A stretch of 60,743 nt of DNA from a virus (lineage: Duplodnaviria > Caudoviricetes): the IMG/VR virus record IMGVR_UViG_3300037851_000839, positions 1 through 60,743 of that record; one strand, given 5' to 3'. The notes beneath the pieces are model-generated. The model did no database searches. It was not told the origin of the DNA and was given only the letters and a program-made list of their open reading frames with translations. Positions 19,216-27,999 of this stretch are shown in pieces. The position numbers and the translations under genes were made by a program. Positions within the stretch are counted from its first letter, which is position 1, and every line of letters starts with the position of its first letter.

Positions 19216-20067
19216 CTATTGCTTCTTACCACCCAAGATGCCGCGATTCAAGAGAACCGACCGCACCTGAGCCAGCGCTACCGATGGTGCGGCCTCGCGA
19301 TCCTTGGCGATCAGGCCGGCGTCGGTCATCTCCACCCGCGCTCCGGGCGGCCTCCAGAATCGCAACTCGTACGGTTGGAATGTCCCCTGTTCGCCACGCT
19401 CGGCGGCGAGCAAGCGCTGCATCACGTCCACGAGCGATCGTGTGTTCAGCAACCACATGGCCACGAGCTGGACTGCCGGATCTGGGTCGAGCAGCGACTC
19501 GACGAACGCCCTCTCCTGGAGATCGTTCAGCGGCTTCTGGTACCCGCGCCGCTTCGCCTGCTCCAGGCACCCGAGCATCTCACGATGCACCGGATCCCAC
19601 TCATCGGTGTCCATGAACCGAGAGAAGAGGTTGAGGCTGTCGGAGCCCCTGATGCTTCCAACCCTCTCCGCGGCGTGTGCCAGCGCGGCACCGAGAACAT
19701 CCTCCCCGGGCCTGGTCCCCTCCCACCTCGACGGCTCTGCGGGAGCATCGTCCGGGTGAAGCGACGCGACCTTCCAGAAGCCGTCCCCGGCGTCCTCGAA
19801 CATCTCCTTGTCCGAGAAGACGCGCTTCCTCCACGCATCATCGAGGTGCGTGGCCAGTTCCCCGCGCGCGACGAGCATCCCCTTGAGCACGTCGGATCGG
19901 ATGAGCCGCTGGTCGTTGCACTTCTCGAACGCCAGCCACTTCGACAGCCTGGTGAGGTACGCCTTGTAGCGCTTGATCTCGTCCGCCGGTGGGTCAGGAA
20001 GATCCGCCTTCCTGAACGTCGGGCGTGCCAACCTGGGATCTGGCCCAGGGCCATCCACCGCCGTCAT
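19216..20067 (-). CDS. Hypothetical protein
   Basis: ATGA coupling to upstream gene; 283 aa. Confidence 0.55.
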   Translation of the reverse strand: MTAVDGPGPDPRLARPTFRKADLPDPPADEIKRYKAYLTRLSKWLAFEKCNDQRLIRSDVLKGMLVARGELATHLDDAWRKRVFSDKEMFEDAGDGFWKVASLHPDDAPAEPSRWEGTRPGEDVLGAALAHAAERVGSIRGSDSLNLFSRFMDTDEWDPVHREMLGCLEQAKRRGYQKPLNDLQERAFVESLLDPDPAVQLVAMWLLNTRSLVDVMQRLLAAERGEQGTFQPYELRFWRPPGARVEMTDAGLIAKDREAAPSVALAQVRSVLLNRGILGGKKQ

Positions 20068-20483
20068 CCTCCAGCTCGCTCCAGAAGCTCCTGGAACACG
20101 GTCAGCGGCAGCGCCATCCACGTGGCCTCCGGCTTTCCTGGGAAGCCGGACATGACCTCGTCGTCGAACTCGATGCTCAGGCCGGGATAGCTCCCCTGCG
20201 CGTGCGCCTCGCGCGTGACCTTGGCCAACCACTCCGCCTCGACGCGGATGGACTTCTGACCGCTGGTGCGCTTGCACTCGATCACCATGGGAAACTCGCC
20301 CGCGGAGCGCACGTCTCCCTTCGCCTCGAAGGCACCGGAACCGGGCTGTCTCTTGCCGCCCACCGCAGCAGCGACCTTCCGCTCCTGCGCCTTCGGCTTT
20401 CGCCGATTGGTCTTGTCCTTCTTCCGCTCTTTCTCGCTGCCGTCGCGAAGCAGGAACGGAACGGGGCCGTCCTTCGCCATCAC
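20064..20483 (-). CDS. Archaeal-type Holliday junction resolvase-like PD-(D/E)XK nuclease
   Basis: QERKVA...GGKRQPGSGA...KGDV.......IECK. Confidence 0.8.
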   Translation of the reverse strand: MMAKDGPVPFLLRDGSEKERKKDKTNRRKPKAQERKVAAAVGGKRQPGSGAFEAKGDVRSAGEFPMVIECKRTSGQKSIRVEAEWLAKVTREAHAQGSYPGLSIEFDDEVMSGFPGKPEATWMALPLTVFQELLERAGG

Positions 20484-22036
20484 CCCTCCGCTGGCGCTGA
20501 CTTGCCCGCCCCGATCGCGCTGGTCGAGTGAAGCACGTGGTCGAGCAGCGTGGTCTTGACGATGCGCTTGAACGACTTGTCCTCTCGGACCTTCGAGAGG
20601 ATCTCCTTCTGCGAGGTCCAGGTGTAGTCGCCGATGGTCTCCCGGATGGACCCCTCACGCGGAGCGTAGATCCCCTTCTTCTTGTCGTTGACGATGAGGT
20701 AGTGCATCGCGAGCTTGAAGATGTAGTCGTCCTCCAGCACGGTGCCCTGGGGTCCGAAGTCGTTGTCGCGCATCGACTGCACGTATTCGCCCTCGGAACC
20801 GTTCGTCGCTGCGACGCGGTTCTTGGTCGTCTTGAACGAGATGGTCTCCTCGATCGGGATGGTCACCACCTCATCCTTCGACCCGTACTGCTCGGCGACC
20901 GTCTTGCGCTTGCTGCGCATGAACTTCACCTCGGCGTGGATGACGAAGTCCTGTCCCTTCCCGCCAGGCTTGACCGTCGGGTCGCCGAACATCACGCCGA
21001 TCTTCTCGCGCGTCTGGTTCGTCCACATCTGGGTCATCGGCCTGGCCCGCACTTCCTGCTGGGTCATCGCCGAGACGAGCTTGCGGCCGGCCTTGTTGAC
21101 GATGCGTGCCTGGAGGCCCTGCTGCCACTCCTCCATCGACGCCGTGATCTCCTTCTGCGGGACGAGCTGCGCGATGGAGTCGATGACCATGAGGTCCACC
21201 TCGTTGGTCAGCGCCATCGCGTGGCAGATGTCGATCGCCTCTTCGGCGTTCGTCGGCTTGATCAGGAGCACGCGCCGGCTGTCCACGCCGAGCTTGGAGA
21301 ACCAGCCCTTGTGGTACGCGTTCTCCAGGTCCACCCAGGCGATCACGAACTCCTCGTAGGAGTTGAGCTGGAGGCAGAGCTTCCAGCGCTCGACGCGCGC
21401 GGCGTACTCCTTCGGCTTCTCGGACGACTCCTTCTTCGGCTCCTCTTCGGTCTTGAAGAGGCCCTCGGCGTGGCAGTCGCAGTAGCCGCTCGCCGACCAT
21501 CGCGCGTCCTCGCCCAGCTCGGCGATCTCCTCGTCGGACGGCGGAACCGACTCGACGGGGCCCGGAACGCGCTCGACGCGCGCCGACACCACGTCGGCCT
21601 TCGAGTAGAAGGCGTATCCTTCCGAACCGCGCGCGGCCAGTTCCATCCCGAGGCCCACCAGGTGGTCGTGCGCCTCGACGCGGCTGAACACGCGCACCTC
21701 TCCCTCGCCTTCCGCCATGATGAGAGACCCCCCGGTGCCGTCCTCGCCGGTCTCCACGAAGACGCTCCACGCGTCACGCACCGCAGGTCGGAAGCAGTTG
21801 CGGCAGATGCCCTGCGCGATGCCGCATGTCCTGGCGATGGACGTGGTCTTGCCCCCCGACTTCTCGCCGTAGAACATCGTGATGTAGCCGACGGCGACGC
21901 CGCCACCGAGCGCCGTGTCGAGGGACAGAGACCCGGTCGAAAGCCAGCGATCGTCCCGCTGGCGAGAGGCGACGCCGCCGGCCTTCTTGGGCTTCACGAC
22001 GTTCTTGGAGAAGAGGAACAGTTCTTTCTTGCCCAT
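20480..22036 (-). CDS. recA: RecA/UvsX recombinase with internal insertion
   Basis: STGSLSLDTALGGG, GEKSGGKTT, VDLEN, VIDSIAQLVP..E, GLQAR, NQTREKIGVMFGDP..KPGG. Confidence 0.92.
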   Translation of the reverse strand: MGKKELFLFSKNVVKPKKAGGVASRQRDDRWLSTGSLSLDTALGGGVAVGYITMFYGEKSGGKTTSIARTCGIAQGICRNCFRPAVRDAWSVFVETGEDGTGGSLIMAEGEGEVRVFSRVEAHDHLVGLGMELAARGSEGYAFYSKADVVSARVERVPGPVESVPPSDEEIAELGEDARWSASGYCDCHAEGLFKTEEEPKKESSEKPKEYAARVERWKLCLQLNSYEEFVIAWVDLENAYHKGWFSKLGVDSRRVLLIKPTNAEEAIDICHAMALTNEVDLMVIDSIAQLVPQKEITASMEEWQQGLQARIVNKAGRKLVSAMTQQEVRARPMTQMWTNQTREKIGVMFGDPTVKPGGKGQDFVIHAEVKFMRSKRKTVAEQYGSKDEVVTIPIEETISFKTTKNRVAATNGSEGEYVQSMRDNDFGPQGTVLEDDYIFKLAMHYLIVNDKKKGIYAPREGSIRETIGDYTWTSQKEILSKVREDKSFKRIVKTTLLDHVLHSTSAIGAGKSAPAEG

Positions 22037-22039
22037 GGA

Positions 22040-22381
22040 TCAGAAGCCCTTGCTGGAGCCGCCGCTCTTGCCACCCTTGCTTCCGCGGACCGCTGAGACC
22101 TCGGCCTGCACCCGCTGCTCGGTCCACGCGGCGCACCACTTGTCGCACGCGTCCACGTCCTCCGGGTAGCACGGCATGGAGAGAGACACGTCGAACCGCG
22201 CGGACTCGTAGTTGCCGAGGTTGAGGGTGAGGCCGTACCCGCGGGTGACGATCGCCGGTGCCGACGTGAAGACGGCCGGGTCGATGATCTCCTCGGTCTC
22301 CGCGACGACCTCCTCCTTGCCGCTGCGGACGAACCGCCCGCTGATCCTGGCGATGCCTGCGTACTCTCCGGGCTTGCTCAT
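22040..22381 (-). CDS. Hypothetical protein
   Basis: TLNLGNYESARFDV motif recurrent in phage proteins. Confidence 0.6.
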   Translation of the reverse strand: MSKPGEYAGIARISGRFVRSGKEEVVAETEEIIDPAVFTSAPAIVTRGYGLTLNLGNYESARFDVSLSMPCYPEDVDACDKWCAAWTEQRVQAEVSAVRGSKGGKSGGSSKGF

Positions 22382-22423
22382 CTTCTTCTTCTCCTGCTTC
22401 TGCTTCTGCTTCTGGTTGCCGGG

Positions 22424-22948
22424 TCAGACCTTGGGCGCGGTGGTCAGCCGGATGGCCTCGTCGATGCTCTCGCCGGTGTACGACACGGGAACCCCGCACG
22501 ACGCCCACTTCTGGCGAATCCTCTCGCGCATGTCCGGATCGACCGGGAAGAGACGCCGCTTCGCGCCGACCTCCGTCGCGATGGCGTCCATCATGGCGGG
22601 CGTGTAGAAGCGGAAGCCGCGCCCGTCCTGGTAGGGGGTCTCGGGGATCAGCTCCTTCTTCTGCCAGTGGTTGATCGCCTGGACGCTGCGCTGGAGGCGG
22701 ATGGCCAGGGCTCCCACCGAGCAGAGCTGCACCTCCGTGCCGTCCGCGCTGGTCCCCACGATGGGCTTCTGGTAGCGCCTGGTCTTCACCCGAGGCGTTC
22801 GCCGCTGGTTCTTGCGGTACTCCCGCGAGGACTTGAGCACCTTCTCCCGGTACTCCGGATCGGAGGCGTACCTCTCTCGTCGCGCCTTGAGGATCTGCTC
22901 CTTGTTCTCGGAGTAGTACCCCTGGAAATAGCCTGGCCGGTTCGCCAC
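22424..22948 (-). CDS. MerR-like HTH DNA-binding protein
   Basis: SVGALA..LQRSVQAINHWQKKELIP...RGFRFYT. Confidence 0.75.
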   Translation of the reverse strand: MANRPGYFQGYYSENKEQILKARRERYASDPEYREKVLKSSREYRKNQRRTPRVKTRRYQKPIVGTSADGTEVQLCSVGALAIRLQRSVQAINHWQKKELIPETPYQDGRGFRFYTPAMMDAIATEVGAKRRLFPVDPDMRERIRQKWASCGVPVSYTGESIDEAIRLTTAPKV

Positions 22949-22977
22949 TTGAACTCCTCTTCTCCTTCTAACCTCTC

Positions 22978-23005
22978 ATCTTACGAGGTGAAAAGGAATA
23001 GTCAA
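22978..23005 (-). promoter_or_regulatory. Sigma70-type promoter TTGACT-N16-TAAGAT
   Basis: Member of a repeated motif family in this window. Confidence 0.65.
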
Positions 23006-24831
23006 GCCTTGACTTCCGCAACGCGAACGCCCTCTTCCTTGTAGAAGGCCAGCCTGTACCGCTGGGAGCGCTTGGCGATGGGGACGGTAGCATCGACGAT
23101 GTCGAGCGCGATGGGCTTCGGCTTCCCCTGGCATCCAGAGGCTCTCCACGGGCAGAGGTGCTGGCAGGTCTCCGGGTCGATCTCTCCTCCGAGCGCCTTG
23201 GGCACGCAGTTGCGTCGTGCGCGCCCGAACGACTGCTCGATGTCGGACATCGGCGTGGCGAAGACCAGCGTGTCCACGGCGGGGATGTCCACGCCCTCGG
23301 AGCACATCTGGTAGGTGGCGAAGATGACGCGAGCCCCCTCCGCCTCGTGCAACTCCTCCTCGGTCAGGGTCCGCTTCTTCTCCTTGGCCTTCTCCTGGGC
23401 GACACCGTAGTCCTTCGCCATCGCGATGAGACCCTTGTCCTCCATGTCGTCGAGGCACCTGGGCCGGAAGCCATGCTTGTAGAGCGCCACGAAGCGCTTG
23501 CCATCGACGACCTCGGCGCATCGCCACGGCCGATCCGCCTTCCTGACTGCCGCGCGCATGATCGTCTCGTCCACGGTGTCGTCCGCCGGATCGCCCAGCT
23601 CGAAGTACCTCCGACGGAAGTGCCGGAACAGAGCGTCGATCGCCCTCTCCCTGTCGGCGTCGAGCGGCGGCTTGCGCTTGAGCAAGGACAACGTGCTCTC
23701 GCTGCTGAACCACTCCCCGACGTAGAAGCTGGTCGTGATGTCGGGCTCCCCGAGATCGACCATCCTCCCGCGGAACTTCGCTTCCAGGTCGCGGAGGTGG
23801 TCGAGGAAGTGAGAGAGCACCAGGATCTTCCTCTTGGCCGGCGCCTGGACCGCCTTCGCCAGTTCGCTCACGATGAAGTCGTTCCTCTCGTCGTTCTGGT
23901 AGAGGAGCTTCATGACCAGCCCGCGCGGAGCCCCCTGCGAGTGCAGCGCGTTCGGCCCGCGGGTGTTCCGCGTCGCCATCCGCACGTCCGGCTTGGGGGT
24001 CTCAGTCTTGGCGGTGAAGACGATCTCTCCGAGGTGCCACCAGAAGACCTTGTCGGCGCCGTCCTTCCTCCTCGGCGTGGCCGTGAGCCCGAGTCGGTAC
24101 TTCGCTGGGAAGAGCGTCGGGATCGGAGACCACGTCGGTGCCCCGACGCGGTGGACCTCGTCCACGATCAGCATCCCGAAGTGCCGGTAGAACTCCTCCG
24201 GGTACCTGTCCGGGGCGTCAGGATCTTCCCTCGCGAGCGACTGGGCCATCGCGATGACGATGTCCTTGTTCTCGAAGTCGCACTTGGTCCCGCGGCAGAT
24301 CCCGACACGAGCGTCCGGCAGGAACTTCGCGATGCGCTTCTGCCACTGGGTGAAAAGGAACTCCTTGTGGACGATGATCACCGTCGAGACCTGCATCCGG
24401 TGGATGACCGCCAGCGCCGTGTTCGTCTTCCCGAAGCCCGTCTTCCCCCTCAGGATGCCGGTGAGCCTGTCGCCCGTCTCTTGCGTTCCGTCGAACGCGC
24501 GGAACCGGCTCACGACTGCCTCGATCGCCTCCGCCTGCTCCGCGTACGGCCCCTCCTGACGCAGGAGAGAGGTGACCTCCACCCTCTTCCCCTCGCACAG
24601 ATCCCACTCGATCTGGTGCCGCTGGTCCGCTGCGCCGAAGAAGTAAGACCTCGGCACGCCCACCTCGTCAAGGGTCTCGGCCCAGCACTGGATGGGCGCC
24701 GGAGGCCGCTCGTCTTCTCCTCCGTACGACGGCTTCCTCGGCACGATCACCAGCGACTTCTTCACGGTCGGCACGGCGTCGCCGAGGGCCACCTTGGGCA
24801 GCCACACCATTCCTGATACACGTACCCGCAC
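23002..24831 (-). CDS. SF2 DEAD-like helicase (UvsW-like)
   Basis: TGFGKT, IVDEVH, GLTATPRRKDG, EGVDIP, QSFGRARR. Confidence 0.92.
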   Translation of the reverse strand: MRVRVSGMVWLPKVALGDAVPTVKKSLVIVPRKPSYGGEDERPPAPIQCWAETLDEVGVPRSYFFGAADQRHQIEWDLCEGKRVEVTSLLRQEGPYAEQAEAIEAVVSRFRAFDGTQETGDRLTGILRGKTGFGKTNTALAVIHRMQVSTVIIVHKEFLFTQWQKRIAKFLPDARVGICRGTKCDFENKDIVIAMAQSLAREDPDAPDRYPEEFYRHFGMLIVDEVHRVGAPTWSPIPTLFPAKYRLGLTATPRRKDGADKVFWWHLGEIVFTAKTETPKPDVRMATRNTRGPNALHSQGAPRGLVMKLLYQNDERNDFIVSELAKAVQAPAKRKILVLSHFLDHLRDLEAKFRGRMVDLGEPDITTSFYVGEWFSSESTLSLLKRKPPLDADRERAIDALFRHFRRRYFELGDPADDTVDETIMRAAVRKADRPWRCAEVVDGKRFVALYKHGFRPRCLDDMEDKGLIAMAKDYGVAQEKAKEKKRTLTEEELHEAEGARVIFATYQMCSEGVDIPAVDTLVFATPMSDIEQSFGRARRNCVPKALGGEIDPETCQHLCPWRASGCQGKPKPIALDIVDATVPIAKRSQRYRLAFYKEEGVRVAEVKA

Positions 24832-24850
24832 GCAGCCTCCTGGCCGGATG

Positions 24851-24889
24851 AAAGAGGGGGCACCCCCCTACGCGGGAAGCGCCCCCTCG
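24851..24889 (-). terminator. Intrinsic terminator-like hairpin after SSB gene
   Basis: GAGGGGGCGC...GTGCCCCCTC followed by TTT. Confidence 0.5.
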
Positions 24890-24905
24890 TGCCGCTGACC
24901 GAAGC

Positions 24906-25709
24906 TCAGTACGGGATGTCGTCGTCGCTGCCGCCGTCGTCGCTGCCGCCGCCGTCGCCGCCGCTCGTGTCGTCGCTGCCGCCGGACGCTCCGCCGCCAC
25001 GCGCGAAGAGCCGATCCAGCTCGGCCAGCGATCGCGGCTTCCAGTCGGTGTCGAAGAGCTTCTCGAAGTTGATCGAGCGCCAGGGGTTGCGCTCCAGCAG
25101 CTTCTCGACGCTGACGGCGTCCTTCGCCGGGACCTTCGCGTTGATGCGCTTGGCGTACTTCTCGACCTCGGCGCGACCGTACTTCTCGATCTCGGCCGGG
25201 TCGATCTTCTCGATCAGCTTGAAGTCGTCGCCGACCGACTCGGTCTTCTTCCCCGAGCGGTAGACCTCGTAGATGCAGCCCTTGAGTCGCCCCTCGGACG
25301 CCTTCATGCGCTCGATCTTCTTGAGGATGCCGGGCTTCTCCTTGGAGCCCATGCGCGCGCCGAAGACCTCTCGCACGAGGCTGATCTCCTTGTTGTCCTT
25401 CTTCGTGAACCACGGCGTGAGGTTCACGATCGTGAAGAACCCGATGAAGTAGGGCCACATCTTGTCGCCCGAGTCGCAGATGGGGCACCGCTCCTGGATC
25501 TTGTTCTTCGTCAGGCAGAACTCGTGGTGCCCCCACTTCCCGTTCATCTTGAACGAGTGCTCCCAGACGCCCGTGGGATCGTCGTCCAGGAAGATGATCC
25601 TTGCGGACTTCTCGGGGGGGATCCAGAAGCGGCGGGGGCCCTTGCTCTCGAACGGGCTCTTGGAGCCCTCCTCGTTCACGTCACCCCAACCAGTCTTGAA
25701 CCAGCTCAT
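24906..25709 (-). CDS. Single-stranded DNA-binding protein (gp32-like)
   Basis: RFW, H/C zinc ligands (WEH..C..CPIC), acidic tail DDDIPY. Confidence 0.75.
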   Translation of the reverse strand: MSWFKTGWGDVNEEGSKSPFESKGPRRFWIPPEKSARIIFLDDDPTGVWEHSFKMNGKWGHHEFCLTKNKIQERCPICDSGDKMWPYFIGFFTIVNLTPWFTKKDNKEISLVREVFGARMGSKEKPGILKKIERMKASEGRLKGCIYEVYRSGKKTESVGDDFKLIEKIDPAEIEKYGRAEVEKYAKRINAKVPAKDAVSVEKLLERNPWRSINFEKLFDTDWKPRSLAELDRLFARGGGASGGSDDTSGGDGGGSDDGGSDDDIPY

Positions 25710-25770
25710 AGTGGTTCCTCTCTTTCGTTTTGCGTTTTCCGTGTTCGCTTCTGCGAACGTGTGAAATGGC

Positions 25771-25799
25771 ATCCTAAGCTATAAGCTATCGCGAGTCAA
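25771..25799 (-). promoter_or_regulatory. Promoter TTGACT-N17-TAGGAT upstream of SSB
   Basis: Motif family match in an AT-richer intergenic gap. Confidence 0.6.
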
Positions 25800-26952
25800 C
25801 ACGTACGGTCGGATCCCCGAGGATCGACCTGACATCGGATTCGCTGATCTCCTGACGCTGGAGCGCCAGCAGCACTGACGCTGGGTCGGCCTTGTCCGGC
25901 AGCTTCCTCCGCTGGACGCTGACCCTGTCCGCGACGAACTGCTTGACCTTGACGACCATGTCCTCGCCGGCCTTGTCGCCGTCCGGCACGACGGTGATCT
26001 GCCGTCCCCAGTAGGCGATCAGCTTCTCGATCTGACAGCGGCCCGGCGCGCTTCCCAGCATGGAGACGACCGGCCTGTACCCGTGCTGCCAGAGCATGAG
26101 CATGTCGAGGTGGCCTTCGACCAGGAAGACGTTGCCGTCCACGTTGTCGCGACGATGCTCCCCGTAGAGCACCAAGTTCCGCTTGAACCCGTCGGTGTGC
26201 AGGTACTTCGGTGGCTCGTTCAGCCCGCACACGGTGCAGGCGTCACGGATCCTCTTCCCGTCGTGGTCCTTGCGACCCCTGGCGATCAGACCGCCGCACC
26301 GAAGGCATTCCGTGGCGTAGAGGCGGCCCGAGATGGCGACCAGCCTGTTCTTGTGGTCCCGGATCGGGAAGAGCAGCCGCTTGCCCTCCCGATCGTGCCC
26401 CAGGTCCCACTCCTTGCACGTCTCGACGGTCAGCCCACGCTGGATGGCGTACCTGGGGATGCTGCCGCGGTACGGCGCGAAGACCGCGTCGGGGATCTCC
26501 GGCGCCTGTTCGGCCTCGGCGATGGACTTGTAGTCGTAGAACGGCTTGCCGTCGTTGAACTTCTTCTGTTGGAGGGTCTCGATGAAGGCGCGCTTCCTGA
26601 ACCCCGGATCGTCGGGAACCGACAACGCGCGCGCCGAAGCCTTCGGCGGCGGCCCCGAGTCGCCGTCGATGGCCATCACCAGGTGCATGTAGTTGCGGCC
26701 GGTCGCCGCCCACAGTTCCATCACCAGGTCGCGAAGAGACCCTTCCTCGTGGCAGCCCATGCACTTGTAGATGGGCTCGCCGTGCTGACCGGCCTGGTAG
26801 ATCACCATCGACGGCTTGGAGTCGGACCCGCTGTAGTGCGTCCACCTGGAGAGGAGGCACGAGCAGGTCACCTTGCCGACCTTCTCCTTGACCTCCCTGG
26901 CCCCCAGCTCCCGCGCGATGTCCGCCAACGTCCCGGTGCTGATCACGATCAT
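25786..26952 (-). CDS. DNA primase (Zn-binding + TOPRIM)
   Basis: C..H..S.......Y.C.GC zinc domain, LLFPI......ISGR, PKY, LVEGHLD, PDGDKAG, DPAS. Confidence 0.9.
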   Translation of the reverse strand: MIVISTGTLADIARELGAREVKEKVGKVTCSCLLSRWTHYSGSDSKPSMVIYQAGQHGEPIYKCMGCHEEGSLRDLVMELWAATGRNYMHLVMAIDGDSGPPPKASARALSVPDDPGFRKRAFIETLQQKKFNDGKPFYDYKSIAEAEQAPEIPDAVFAPYRGSIPRYAIQRGLTVETCKEWDLGHDREGKRLLFPIRDHKNRLVAISGRLYATECLRCGGLIARGRKDHDGKRIRDACTVCGLNEPPKYLHTDGFKRNLVLYGEHRRDNVDGNVFLVEGHLDMLMLWQHGYRPVVSMLGSAPGRCQIEKLIAYWGRQITVVPDGDKAGEDMVVKVKQFVADRVSVQRRKLPDKADPASVLLALQRQEISESDVRSILGDPTVRVDSR

Positions 26953-27386
26953 CCCGAGAAGTGGATGCCGGGGTCGAGCTGGCGGTCGGCCACGGACCAC
27001 CACGGCTTGAAGCCTTCGATCACGGCGACCGTCTTCTCGGGATCGAGCACCCGCACGAGCAGCCCATCCTTGGACGGGATCGTTGGGTGGATGTACCTGA
27101 CCTCTCCGGGCAGACGGGTCCCGTGCTTCCGGCTGAACATGACCACGTCGCCGAGCTTGATGTCCGGCATCGGTCGGATGATGCCGCGCTTCCCCATGCG
27201 GCCCGGTCCGATGGCGATCACCTCGCCGTACCTCCAGGTGTCGAACCTGTACCCGCCGAAGTCGTAGTCGCCGAGGTAGAGGCCGCCTTCGGACCTGTCC
27301 GGCTGGCCGTAGTCGGCGACGAAGATGAAGTCGAGGATGGGTCGCCACGGCCACCCCGGAACCTTCTTGCCTGCGTCGATGCTCAT
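26949..27386 (-). CDS. groES: GroES-like co-chaperonin
   Basis: RPILDFIFV, GGLYL, GEVIAIGPG, IKLGDVVMFSRKHGT, VAVIE. Confidence 0.8.
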   Translation of the reverse strand: MSIDAGKKVPGWPWRPILDFIFVADYGQPDRSEGGLYLGDYDFGGYRFDTWRYGEVIAIGPGRMGKRGIIRPMPDIKLGDVVMFSRKHGTRLPGEVRYIHPTIPSKDGLLVRVLDPEKTVAVIEGFKPWWSVADRQLDPGIHFSG

Positions 27387-27538
27387 CGTCTGCTCTCCTT
27401 CTGCTCCTGCTGCTCCTGCTCGATCGCTTCGTCGAGCTGACGCGCCAGCTCCACGTCCGACTCGTCTTCCATGTCCATGTCACGCCGTAGCAGCTTGCGC
27501 AGCGCGGTGAGGACTAGGATGCGGAACGTCGGCTTCAT
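27383..27538 (-). CDS. Small hypothetical protein
   Basis: ATGA-coupled on both sides; 51 aa. Confidence 0.5.
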   Translation of the reverse strand: MKPTFRILVLTALRKLLRRDMDMEDESDVELARQLDEAIEQEQQEQKESRR

Positions 27539-27993
27539 CCCTGCCCGCCGGACTCGTCGGCCCGATCGTTCTCCTCGTCGAGGATCCGATCGGCGTCGTC
27601 CTCGGTGATCGCCGGCTCCTGGTCGGGGACCCTCGGCGCCCTCGGCATCGGAGCCGGGATCTGGGGTGCGGGAGGCGCTCTCCTGACGAGGCGAATGCTC
27701 ACGGCCGCCACGATGGCCAGCAGCTCGTCGGACAGGTAGGAGAGGACGCTCACCAAGCCGCCGACGACCACGCTCGTGATGATCGGGTCTCCAGAGTAGA
27801 TCCCCCACCAGAACCCCACCCACCAGCCAGCGCACATCGTGCAGCTCATGCCCTCGCCGAGAATGCGCAGCGGGTTCCACGGATGCGCGAATCCCTTGAG
27901 CCATTCGCGAGCTGGCTCGAAGATCTTGCCGACGGCCACCACGAGGGTGACGCCGATGAGGCCGATGATGGTGATGGCGTTGAGCTGGTCCAT
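27535..27993 (-). CDS. Membrane protein with CxxC motif (DUF1360-like)
   Basis: Hydrophobic segments, IFEPAR, SCTMCAGWWVG. Confidence 0.65.
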   Translation of the reverse strand: MDQLNAITIIGLIGVTLVVAVGKIFEPAREWLKGFAHPWNPLRILGEGMSCTMCAGWWVGFWWGIYSGDPIITSVVVGGLVSVLSYLSDELLAIVAAVSIRLVRRAPPAPQIPAPMPRAPRVPDQEPAITEDDADRILDEENDRADESGGQG

Positions 27994-27999
27994 GGGTCC

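Noticed and set aside
22380-22415. Short CTTCTG-type repeats (also near 50690 and GCCGCCGTCGTC near 24920)
   Set aside because: Low-complexity codon repeats in disordered protein tails, not an array
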